64,000 bases of DNA from a virus (lineage: Duplodnaviria > Caudoviricetes): IMG/VR virus record IMGVR_UViG_3300049844_000087, positions 14,423 through 78,422 of that record. One strand, given 5' to 3'. The stretch's first letter is position 1; each line of letters starts with the position of its first letter. The notes under the pieces are model-generated. The model searched no databases. It was given only the letters and a program-made list of their open reading frames with translations, and had not been told where the DNA came from. This document shows, in pieces, positions 55,028 to 63,342 of the stretch. The position numbers and the translations under genes were made by a program.

Positions 55028-55816
55028 ATGTTTAAGTTTGAATCAATAGACCAATTAGACACAAAGGGCAACACAAGCTGGCTCATTGAGGGACTTTTGC
55101 CAGAGTCGTCAACTTGTCTCGTGGCAGGTGATCCCAAGACGAGAAAGTCTTGGTTGGCAGGGGAATTGCTAGTCAGTATTGCCACAGGTGAGAAGTGTTT
55201 CGGAGTTTACAACGTTGTCAAGCAAGGTCGAGTGATGATGATACAAGGCGAGGACAGCGGTGCAATCATTCGAGAGCGTCTAGAGCAAATCAATCGAGCC
55301 AAGCAAGGCAGTGCCAAGGCATTGAAAGAGAATGTTTCAATCGTGGCAGGTCAAAGCTTTGCGCTTGATAATGATGAACACTTTGAGGCATTGCGCTTGC
55401 AAGTCTTAAAGGAAAGGCCATTGCTTATCATTTTAGACCCTTTGGTCCGTCTCATTCCGAACACTGCCGAAGGTTCAACGTCTCAGATGTCTAAGATTTT
55501 GACAAAGCTTCGTCACTTGCAACGTGACAGCGGGACATCAATCATGCTGGTGCATCACAACAAGACATCGAAGTCTAAGAATGCCGCTGACAATATCCGA
55601 GGCAGTTCAGACTTGCGGTCCTGGTATGATGCGGCGTATTTCCTGACCAAGCCAGTCGGACACGTCACGCAAATTGATTTTGAATTCAAGGCTTTCGGCG
55701 AGCAACCTGCTTTCTTCTTTGAATTAAAGAATGCGAACACTGGACTTGCGCCGATGGGACTTGTATCAATGGAAGACATTAGAAAGTTGGTTAAAAATGA
55801 AAACGATATTGTATAA
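55028..55816 (+). CDS. AAA_25 / RecA-fold (RepA-helicase-like) ATPase
   Basis: WLIEGLLP, GDPKTRKSW, MIQGED, IILDPL, LVHHNK, IRGSS. Confidence 0.85.
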   Translation: MFKFESIDQLDTKGNTSWLIEGLLPESSTCLVAGDPKTRKSWLAGELLVSIATGEKCFGVYNVVKQGRVMMIQGEDSGAIIRERLEQINRAKQGSAKALKENVSIVAGQSFALDNDEHFEALRLQVLKERPLLIILDPLVRLIPNTAEGSTSQMSKILTKLRHLQRDSGTSIMLVHHNKTSKSKNAADNIRGSSDLRSWYDAAYFLTKPVGHVTQIDFEFKAFGEQPAFFFELKNANTGLAPMGLVSMEDIRKLVKNENDIV

Positions 55817-56033
55817 ACGACACATTGCATTCCATATTGGAGACGTTTTACTTGTCTCATTTTCAGACAAGCCTTCTCGTTTTCAAGTTGTTGAAGTTAA
55901 CAAGCGCAAAAACATTTTAAAAATTGAGGTATTAGAGGATCATTACAAAGATCCGTTTCAAGTTGGAGCAGTCGTCGATATAGGAACGCAGATTTTTAAA
56001 AAGTATTGGTTTTTTAATTTTGAAAACCGCTAA
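55797..56033 (+). CDS. SH3/KOW-like small protein
   Basis: FHIGDVLLV; ATG 55797. Confidence 0.5.
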   Translation: MKTILYKRHIAFHIGDVLLVSFSDKPSRFQVVEVNKRKNILKIEVLEDHYKDPFQVGAVVDIGTQIFKKYWFFNFENR

Positions 56034-56057
56034 AGTTTTTCAGAATTGTGCCGATAA
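56031..56057 (+). promoter_or_regulatory. sigma28-type promoter 8 (perfect consensus)
   Basis: TAAAGTTT-11-GCCGATAA. Confidence 0.9.
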
Positions 56058-56077
56058 GCATTGAAATAGGAGAGAAC

Positions 56078-56290
56078 ATGGGACCGTATGCTTACGCAAT
56101 TAAAATTAACTATGGAAAGCAGAAAGTGCAAACGAGTCACAAAGCTTTGTTGCCAGACACGGCGATAAATATCGAACAATTGCAAGAGATTGTAGGCCAT
56201 AACACTTTTGTTTTTGTTGCAGAGGATAGCTCATTCTCGCAAGACATTTTTGTTTGTTGGAATACTTATCGAGATGAGACTGATGAATAG
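56078..56290 (+). CDS. Early hypothetical protein
   Basis: ATG 56078 after AGGAG. Confidence 0.55.
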   Translation: MGPYAYAIKINYGKQKVQTSHKALLPDTAINIEQLQEIVGHNTFVFVAEDSSFSQDIFVCWNTYRDETDE

Positions 56291-56359
56291 CAAGCGTCTC
56301 GAATTGCGAAAGACGAAGCTTACATGGCTGAGTATAGAAAAAGAAATTCAAAATAACGC

Positions 56360-56386
56360 TAAAGTTTTTTGGAAAGCTGCCGATAA
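56360..56386 (+). promoter_or_regulatory. sigma28-type promoter 9 (perfect consensus), before rIIA
   Basis: TAAAGTTT-11-GCCGATAA. Confidence 0.9.
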
Positions 56387-56431
56387 GTATTATATGAAAG
56401 GCAATGAAGCCGAGTAACAAGGAGTAATAAA

Positions 56432-58498
56432 ATGAGAATCGCAGGACACGGTAACAAATACGAAAGCAATCAACAAACTGAGACACAGTCGTTTGGCATC
56501 GGTGATGCAAGCGTGGTGATCGAAATCCTGCGCAATAGATTGTATGAGCATAAGATTCGCACACTCGTTCAAGAGTATATGAGCAATGCTCGTGATGCTC
56601 ATCGTGAGGCTGGACAGACACGACGCATTGAAGTTGTGGCACCGACTCAACTTGAGCCAACATTCAAGGTTCGAGACTTTGGTCCTGGCATTAGTCCAGA
56701 CCGCATGGCTAACGTGTTCGTGCTTTACGGAGCATCAACAAAGCGTCAAAACAATACACAAACTGGTGGCTTTGGCATCGGTGCTAAGTCCGCATGGTCT
56801 TATGCTGATGGTTTCATCATCGTGTCAACGGTCAACGGCACTCGTCGCACTTATCATGCACACGTTGGAGCGTCTAACGTTGGTCAACTTGACTTGCTGT
56901 CTACTGAAAAGACAGACGATCCGAATGGATGCGAAATTCAAGTGGCAGTCAATCCTCGTGATGTTACAGAATTTTGTAACTCGATCAAGCGTGCATGTTA
57001 CTTCTGGAATAAAGAAGAGACTCCACTGCTTAAGAATGTGACACTCCCTGATGCGCTGTCAACTTATGATGTCAACGCTTTGAGCATCGTACCTAGCAAC
57101 GTGTCAATGCCTGACTTCTTGAATGCTTATGGTCGCACTGACTTGCTAGTCGTTGACGGCATCATTTACAACCTTAACAGAGACTTGCTCGACAAGGTGC
57201 CACAGTTGCGAGACCTTCGCAACGAATTGAATGGCTCGATGGTGATCCGTATCCCTAATGGTCTTGTGCAAGTATCAGCAAGCCGTGAGAAGCTTGACGA
57301 CTCAGACTTCACTCGTAAAGGTCTTGCTAAGATTGGCACGAAACTATTGACTGACGTAAAGAAACACGTTTCAGATAAGATCGGCGCAATCTCTACTGTC
57401 AAAGGTTTCGTTGAGACTTATCACAGCATGTTCCGTTTCTTTGTGATGCAGAACAACGAGTACAAAGGTTTCCGTTTCGATGGACAGTTCCTTTACACTC
57501 CCCTTTTGGGTTCAGTTCACTTCGCAAAGTACACTGAATTCAGAGACAAGGTCAAGGCATCGTCTACCAAGGGAATTCCTTTCGAGCACATGGACAGAAT
57601 TTTCTTGCAAACTAAAGACGAGAATGCGGTCACATTCAATCGCAGAGTTCGAGCGTATCTCGCAAACAACCCTGAAATGTATGTGATCAGAGAGCGTCAA
57701 ACTACCTCTATCGACTCGACTGGAGCAACGGTCCAATTGAAGTTTGATGTTCCACCTGCGAAAGCCATGAAAGAATTGCAAGCTGTCTTGAACAAGTTTC
57801 AAGACTTTCATTCGATCAGTTTCGTAGTTCCACCTCGAACGCCGAAAGCCATGAAAGCCGCAAAGCTTGCGTCACAGCAAAGTTTTCACTACTTGAATGG
57901 CTGGGGCCGAGATACTCAAAACACGACCGTCACAGACTTGCAGTCCAAAGGTCGGGAGTACATTTACTTGCTGGTCTCTGAGTGGCAGAACGAAGGAAAG
58001 TACAAGTACAATCCGATGATCAAAGAATTCGGCGGTGACAGACGTGATCCTAAGTGCAAAAAGCCGATCTTTATCGCCGTGTCCAATACCACTGCGGACA
58101 TCATTAAGGACGAAGCTGGCTTCACTCCTTATGCTGATTGGATTGCCGGAGTCAAGTTAACTAATGATCTGCGTCTCAGAATGATGAATGCTAAAGCGTT
58201 GAATTCAGACGTGATTGAGAAACTGTCTCAACTTGAGGGTGTTAAGAATAAAAAGTTGACTAAAATGGTCGATCATTATAAGCTGATGAAGAAAGCCGCA
58301 AGTCAAGTTCACGGTTCGGAAGTACCTGACATGCTGGTAAAGATGTTTAAAGATGATGCGGACTATGTATCTTTCCTTGAGCAAGATCAAGAATTGAAAA
58401 CCTTGATCAATGATAAGTATCCGTTGCTTAAGCACATGGACCGATACTCGCACGCTGAATGTAAACGTGAAATGACTTGGTATTTGAACAATAAATAA
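56432..58498 (+). CDS. rIIA: RIIA-like protein (GHKL ATPase N-terminus)
   Basis: ILRNRLYEHKIRTLVQEYMSNARDAH, VRDFGPGIS, YGASTK, GGFGIGAKS. Confidence 0.85.
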   Translation: MRIAGHGNKYESNQQTETQSFGIGDASVVIEILRNRLYEHKIRTLVQEYMSNARDAHREAGQTRRIEVVAPTQLEPTFKVRDFGPGISPDRMANVFVLYGASTKRQNNTQTGGFGIGAKSAWSYADGFIIVSTVNGTRRTYHAHVGASNVGQLDLLSTEKTDDPNGCEIQVAVNPRDVTEFCNSIKRACYFWNKEETPLLKNVTLPDALSTYDVNALSIVPSNVSMPDFLNAYGRTDLLVVDGIIYNLNRDLLDKVPQLRDLRNELNGSMVIRIPNGLVQVSASREKLDDSDFTRKGLAKIGTKLLTDVKKHVSDKIGAISTVKGFVETYHSMFRFFVMQNNEYKGFRFDGQFLYTPLLGSVHFAKYTEFRDKVKASSTKGIPFEHMDRIFLQTKDENAVTFNRRVRAYLANNPEMYVIRERQTTSIDSTGATVQLKFDVPPAKAMKELQAVLNKFQDFHSISFVVPPRTPKAMKAAKLASQQSFHYLNGWGRDTQNTTVTDLQSKGREYIYLLVSEWQNEGKYKYNPMIKEFGGDRRDPKCKKPIFIAVSNTTADIIKDEAGFTPYADWIAGVKLTNDLRLRMMNAKALNSDVIEKLSQLEGVKNKKLTKMVDHYKLMKKAASQVHGSEVPDMLVKMFKDDADYVSFLEQDQELKTLINDKYPLLKHMDRYSHAECKREMTWYLNNK

Positions 58499-58527
58499 AC
58501 AGACCGAAAGGTCAGAAAGAAGGATTT

Positions 58528-58851
58528 ATGGAAACAATTAGCATTAACCGCATCATGGCTCGATCATTTATGAATACGTTGCAGTACGCAATGGTGATTG
58601 ATCAAGCCGCTCCAGTATTGCAATTAGACCGAGTCGGAGCCTTGCGGTTTCGATTGCTGAGCGATGCACAGTTGTCGGTTCTTTACAGCCTTGCGGCGCA
58701 TGTAACTGACCGCAATGAGGTCTTGGCCGAATATGATCTGATGATAAACACTGTTAAAGAGAAGTCACCTGACAATGCTTTCGTGCTTTCAGCATTGACA
58801 GAAGGTCGAGAGGCTTTGACAGAATTGTTAATTCAAGCAAAAAGTCACTAA
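58528..58851 (+). CDS. Hypothetical protein between rIIA and rIIB
   Basis: SD GAAGGA. Confidence 0.55.
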   Translation: METISINRIMARSFMNTLQYAMVIDQAAPVLQLDRVGALRFRLLSDAQLSVLYSLAAHVTDRNEVLAEYDLMINTVKEKSPDNAFVLSALTEGREALTELLIQAKSH

Positions 58852-58875
58852 AGTTTTTTGAAAAGTTGCCGATAA
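58849..58875 (+). promoter_or_regulatory. sigma28-type promoter 10 (perfect consensus), before rIIB
   Basis: TAAAGTTT-11-GCCGATAA. Confidence 0.9.
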
Positions 58876-58898
58876 GAGTAATAACAAAGGAGAATTGT

Positions 58899-59834
58899 AT
58901 GACACAAGTAAACTATCACATCACTCAAAATAGCGTGACTGTGAATTTTGAAGGAAAAACGTTTGCGATTGCTCGTGGCGACGAAAGGTTTCCAAGAGTT
59001 ATCGCAGCAATCAAGGAAAGCCGCTTGACAGATATTCCAGACATCGTGGATATTTACAAGCAATTTCAAGCTGATGGGCTTCGCTTGGTTGACGGTCAAG
59101 TCGTCACTTCAGACGGCGAGGCATTGCCAACGGAACTAAATGCTCGAATTCTTGAGTTTAGACGTGAGGGTTTGCCCTTTGAACACTTGCTCAAGTTCTG
59201 GGAAAACCTTAAGAGCAATCCTAGCTTTCGGTCTCGTGAACAGTTGTTCAAGTTTCTTGAACACAATGGACATCCGTTGACTGAGGACGGCTGCTTCATT
59301 GCCTACCGAGGCGTGACAAGCGACTTCAAAGATAAGCACACCGGAAAGTTTGACAACTCCCCTGGTGCCATTTGCGAAATGCCTCGAACGCAGGTTGATG
59401 ATGATCCTACTAGGACTTGCAGCGCAGGTCTGCACGTCGCAGCGTGGGAGTATGCTTCAGGCTTTGGCGAGACAAAGATAGAAGTTAAGGTCAATCCAAA
59501 GGACGTTGTTGCGGTGCCAGTTGATTACAACGGTCAAAAGATGCGTGTTTGTCGCTTTGAAGTGATTCAGCAATGTCACGACATGCGTGCTGATGAAGCT
59601 TTGTACGGTCGCAAGAACACGTTCCAAGACGAGGAAGTAGATCCGTTTGATTATGAAAACGAAGAAGACCACGGCTATGAGGGTATTGATGAGTCAGTTA
59701 GAGAAGACATTCTCCACTTGGCAAATCAACACTCACAGTACGAAGGTGAAGCTTTGGTTATGCGAGTGTGTGAGGATTCATTTGAAGAAGAAGAAACGAT
59801 TAGGCAAATTTTGTCAGATGATGGTCGTATTTAA
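58899..59834 (+). CDS. rIIB: RIIB-like protein
   Basis: FWENL..NP, FL......LTEDG.FIAYRGV, DNSPG, MPR.QVDDDP..TCS.GLHV, V.P.DVV.VP.DYN..K.R.C. Confidence 0.9.
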   Translation: MTQVNYHITQNSVTVNFEGKTFAIARGDERFPRVIAAIKESRLTDIPDIVDIYKQFQADGLRLVDGQVVTSDGEALPTELNARILEFRREGLPFEHLLKFWENLKSNPSFRSREQLFKFLEHNGHPLTEDGCFIAYRGVTSDFKDKHTGKFDNSPGAICEMPRTQVDDDPTRTCSAGLHVAAWEYASGFGETKIEVKVNPKDVVAVPVDYNGQKMRVCRFEVIQQCHDMRADEALYGRKNTFQDEEVDPFDYENEEDHGYEGIDESVREDILHLANQHSQYEGEALVMRVCEDSFEEEETIRQILSDDGRI

Positions 59835-59858
59835 TAAAAACTAAAAGGAGAAAATAAA

Positions 59859-60551
59859 ATGAAAAACGTAATGATTTTGCTAGTAATGGTTCTTATCGCA
59901 GGTTGTGCTAATGATCGAAATCTAGAGGCAACGGTCACGGCTATTGATGGTCGAAATGGTCACTCAATCGTGTCCGAGTACAAACAGTCTACCCAATTGG
60001 AGTGTGAGTCGTCGGGGTCACGTCTTGACATGTATATCGACATGGATGATTCGTTGACAGTATCTCAAGGCGATGTTTATGCCAATAGTTTGATTGCGTG
60101 CAACGGTCTCAATGGTCTTCAAGGTATCCAAGGCTTGCCAGGTACTAACGGCTCGAACGGTTCGGATGGAGCACAGGGTATTCCAGGTGCTCAAGGGCCA
60201 CAAGGTATTCAAGGAATTGCAGGTCCGCAAGGGGCTCCAGGATTGGACGGTGCTGATGGACAGCCTGGACCAACTGGTCCACAAGGCCCTCAAGGACCGC
60301 AGGGGATTCAAGGTCCGGCTGGCTCGTCTGGTGCTACAATCGTCTCATTCTCAGGAAGTTCTTGCACTCGATTGACAGGCACAAACTCTTACTTGAAGGC
60401 TTCAAATAACAATTATGCACTCTATACGAGTAGCAATTGTTCTAGCAACTCTAAGTTTGCTGAAGTTTCAGAAGGCGAGTCTTATTGGGTTAGTGCGAAT
60501 GCTTTGGCAGTTTATTCTGACACTGGACTTCGAGTAATTACTTTTAACTAA
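59859..60551 (+). CDS. Collagen-like lipoprotein
   Basis: Lipobox LIAGC; about 25 G-X-Y repeats. Confidence 0.8.
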   Translation: MKNVMILLVMVLIAGCANDRNLEATVTAIDGRNGHSIVSEYKQSTQLECESSGSRLDMYIDMDDSLTVSQGDVYANSLIACNGLNGLQGIQGLPGTNGSNGSDGAQGIPGAQGPQGIQGIAGPQGAPGLDGADGQPGPTGPQGPQGPQGIQGPAGSSGATIVSFSGSSCTRLTGTNSYLKASNNNYALYTSSNCSSNSKFAEVSEGESYWVSANALAVYSDTGLRVITFN

Positions 60552-60562
60552 GGAGAATTTAT

Positions 60563-61054
60563 ATGAAATACGCAATTGTTTTTATGATTATGTTTCTTGT
60601 GAGTGTTGTAAATGCGGCTGAAAATTGCTCTGAGTCTGCGCAAGTGGAAACTCAAGACGTAGTTTACGAAGTGAACACTGAACTTCCCAAGCACTTAAAG
60701 GGAGCGACTATCACTGTGACGCTTGCCGATGGAAAGACTAGTACGGTTCCCGCTGAGAAGTTTATGGTCGTGCCTCGTAAGCAGAAAACTTTAGTTGGGC
60801 AAAATCAAACTCTCACTAAGAAGTTGTACTGTAAAGTTTCAGGCAAAAAGAACATCATTATGGGAGAAGCTCGTAAAGATGTTACCGAGATTGAAACGAC
60901 AACCAACGGTAAGAGCGCATCAGTTCACAGCAAAAAAGAAGTTGTGCCTGGATTGAACTACTACCGAAGAGAATTGTTTGATAGTCCGATTGGTGCTGGC
61001 GTAGGTGTTGACACTAACGGAACTGTTAAAGGAATGATTGGTCTAGATTTTTAA
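60563..61054 (+). CDS. Secreted protein
   Basis: Signal peptide ending VVNA-A; C-terminal beta strands ending GLDF. Confidence 0.65.
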   Translation: MKYAIVFMIMFLVSVVNAAENCSESAQVETQDVVYEVNTELPKHLKGATITVTLADGKTSTVPAEKFMVVPRKQKTLVGQNQTLTKKLYCKVSGKKNIIMGEARKDVTEIETTTNGKSASVHSKKEVVPGLNYYRRELFDSPIGAGVGVDTNGTVKGMIGLDF

Positions 61055-61064
61055 AGGAAGTTTT

Positions 61065-61778
61065 ATGAGTAAAGCCTTGATTTTCTTATCTACTGTGTTC
61101 ATAGTTTCTTGCATATCATCCTTTGGACGAGATGTACCGAAGCCTGTGGTAAGTAAGAGAATCAAGGTTATGATCATTGACACTGGCATCTACACCCATC
61201 CTAAGATAAAGCCGTACCTATCTACCAAGAATAGAAAATCTGAGCTAGTGGACACTCACGGACACGGCACTCACGTCGCAGGTTTAGTTTTATACGGGCC
61301 TGAATTGAATGATCCAGTTTGTAAAGAAGTTGAAGTCTACTCTTGTAGGTTTTTTGGGCCGCAGAGTCATTCTACTGATACTTGTTTGGAGTACGCCAAT
61401 AAGCTAGGAGTAGAGTTTATCAATTTTTCTGGTGGTGGTTACGAGTATATGAAAGAAGAAGTGGTAGAGATTAGACGCTCAAAGGCCACGGTTGTTGTTG
61501 CTGCCGGAAATGACTCAGTAAACATATCAACAAAACCTTATTATCCTGCTGCCTTGCCGCTTAAAAATTTAATTGCAGTCGGCAACGGCGTAAGTGAACG
61601 ATTAAAATCAAAGAGTTCTAACTTTGGCTTGAGCAAACTAGTTTGGCGTGACGGCGAAGCCAAGAAATCCTTTTCACAGAAAGGCTTTGCTTATATGAGT
61701 GGAACTTCTCAAGCCACGGCAATCTACACACACGAACTACTAAAGAAGCGTTGTCAAGACTTTCGGTCTACTAAGTAG
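61065..61778 (+). CDS. Subtilase (S8) serine protease, probably a lipoprotein
   Basis: IIDTG, HGHGTHVAG, AAGND, MSGTSQA; N-terminal IVSC. Confidence 0.92.
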   Translation: MSKALIFLSTVFIVSCISSFGRDVPKPVVSKRIKVMIIDTGIYTHPKIKPYLSTKNRKSELVDTHGHGTHVAGLVLYGPELNDPVCKEVEVYSCRFFGPQSHSTDTCLEYANKLGVEFINFSGGGYEYMKEEVVEIRRSKATVVVAAGNDSVNISTKPYYPAALPLKNLIAVGNGVSERLKSKSSNFGLSKLVWRDGEAKKSFSQKGFAYMSGTSQATAIYTHELLKKRCQDFRSTK

Positions 61779-61975
61779 TCCTTAAGCTGCTGAAGAAACC
61801 TTTCACCATCAGCATCCAAGCACTGAAGGGCATTTCGATTTTGCTTTCTCGGAATGGGTTTCTCTAGGTACTCAACCACTTCTTCAAGTGTGAGACCGAA
61901 GTCAAGCTTGTCACCATACGATAGCATGTGGACCAACTCAACTAAGAGGCGATCCCTTTCCGACAACCTTCTCAT
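61754..61975 (-). CDS. Hypothetical protein
   Basis: 73 aa, last gene of converging minus block. Confidence 0.5.
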   Translation of the reverse strand: MRRLSERDRLLVELVHMLSYGDKLDFGLTLEEVVEYLEKPIPRKQNRNALQCLDADGERFLQQLKDYLVDRKS

Positions 61976-62331
61976 TACAACACCGTGATAGTTGAGATTA
62001 CTCGCATCAATTCTGAGTGTACGGCTTGGTTAAGCTGCGTACTTTCTTCAGAAGGGACTGCGTGTTTCAACTGTTTTGCGGCTTCAACGGCGTCCATTAC
62101 TTCAAGCAGAGTCATGCCTACTAGCTCACGGCCAGAAACATAACCTCCACCTGGGCCACGCACAGAGCGAAGAGCGCCATGAATGCGCAAAGCCCTAGCA
62201 ACTTGCTCCAAGAAGTTAAGATCAAGTTGGTGCTTTTGTGCCACCGACTTCAATTTCACTGGACGACCATCTGCCTGGTCTCGAACTTCTCGCAAGAGAG
62301 TTAGAGCATATTGAACTTTTGCAGTGATCAT
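61975..62331 (-). CDS. Rrf2-family winged-helix regulator without Fe-S cysteines
   Basis: YAL..L, LEQV...L...G.L.SVRGPGGGY; no Cys; ATG 62331. Confidence 0.85.
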   Translation of the reverse strand: MITAKVQYALTLLREVRDQADGRPVKLKSVAQKHQLDLNFLEQVARALRIHGALRSVRGPGGGYVSGRELVGMTLLEVMDAVEAAKQLKHAVPSEESTQLNQAVHSELMRVISTITVL

Positions 62332-62332
62332 T

Positions 62333-63079
62333 TTAGATACCTCCGATAAACTCTCGAAGCAGTTCGAGAGGAACAAATAAACTACCATACACTTTACTTC
62401 TGTCTTTTGCATGACCTGTGCGCTTCTCTGACGTAAGGAGATTAGACATTACGCCTACCACTTCGCCATCACTATTAATTACCGCAGAGCCACTGATACC
62501 GTACCAAGCAAGCATGTTTGACTCGTTGTAAATACCCAGCCAATAAGGATCATGTTTCTTAATCACACCTTTCAAGTAGACAGGACCGCCTTGAGGAAAT
62601 CCATACGAAGAAACGACATCGCCAATTTTATAACTCTTAGCAATCTTCAAAGTATGTTTAAAGCGCATGGGAGTGTAGATTAAACAAAGATCAGCATTCT
62701 GTGACACTTTAATGATCTGTCCTGGGCTCTTCTTTCCATTTCGTCTAGTCACTTCAGCAAATCCGAATCTATAGACATCTTGCCCATACGTTCGCTGTTC
62801 TTGCGGCCTGAATATTCCGTTAGAGCAGACGTGCTTATTAGTAACGATGAAGGCACCTTGTTCAGTCTGACTGACTACAAAACCAGTTCCACCACTGCAC
62901 GCATTTCTATAAATACACACTGATAGTTGAACCGTAGCATCTTTCAAGTCTTCTTCGATCTGCGTAGCTCTGTACTCTTTGTACTCTAAGTTGAGGTGTC
63001 TAACTCCCCCAACTGCCGCAACTAGCAGGGCAAAGACTAGAGCAATTCTCACGCCTTTAATAATTCTTCGTAGTATCAC
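62333..63079 (-). CDS. Trypsin-like (S1) serine protease, membrane anchored
   Basis: GTGF, VTNKHVC, DLCL, GISGSAV; N-terminal TM. Confidence 0.9.
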   Translation of the reverse strand: MILRRIIKGVRIALVFALLVAAVGGVRHLNLEYKEYRATQIEEDLKDATVQLSVCIYRNACSGGTGFVVSQTEQGAFIVTNKHVCSNGIFRPQEQRTYGQDVYRFGFAEVTRRNGKKSPGQIIKVSQNADLCLIYTPMRFKHTLKIAKSYKIGDVVSSYGFPQGGPVYLKGVIKKHDPYWLGIYNESNMLAWYGISGSAVINSDGEVVGVMSNLLTSEKRTGHAKDRSKVYGSLFVPLELLREFIGGI

Positions 63080-63087
63080 AACATCTC

Positions 63088-63342
63088 CTAATTGAAAGTT
63101 TCCGTATTGGAATTTGTTTCATTGATAAGACCTGTCAAAAAGTTTAAGATGTTGCCCAAATCAGTAATCTCTTGAAACATCTCAAGAGTAGCTGGATGTT
63201 GGTCTCCAAATTGTTCTTTGACTGAAAGGAATACATTAGTTCTATCCTGGTGGTAAACTGTTAGCGCCTGTATTCCTGCTAAAAAATCTTTGCGCTTGAT
63301 GACCACATTTCTTTCTCTCTTTTTAAGTTTCTTCTGTGACAT
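63088..63342 (-). CDS. Hypothetical protein
   Basis: 84-aa ORF in operon. Confidence 0.55.
   Translation of the reverse strand: MSQKKLKKRERNVVIKRKDFLAGIQALTVYHQDRTNVFLSVKEQFGDQHPATLEMFQEITDLGNILNFLTGLINETNSNTETFN

Larger units (their letters stand above)
48828..55868. repeat. Dispersed array of the palindrome GTCTCA-N3-TGAGAC
   Basis: At most 1 mismatch at 48828, 48982, 49168, 49319, 49792, 50363, 50432, 50471, 50714, 51044, 51132, 52100, 52160, 52385, 52773, 52974, 53236, 55854; roughly 15 more with 2 mismatches. Confidence 0.9.

Noticed and set aside
48828-55868. Palindrome array as type IIS restriction sites (BsmAI GTCTC) or cloning scars
   Set aside because: Copies are degenerate, conserve the flanking A/T and 3-nt spacing, and lie within intact ORFs; phages usually deplete rather than enrich such sites. 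A decoy role is not strictly excluded
59859-60551. G-X-Y nucleotide periodicity as a DNA repeat element
   Set aside because: Explained by collagen-like coding
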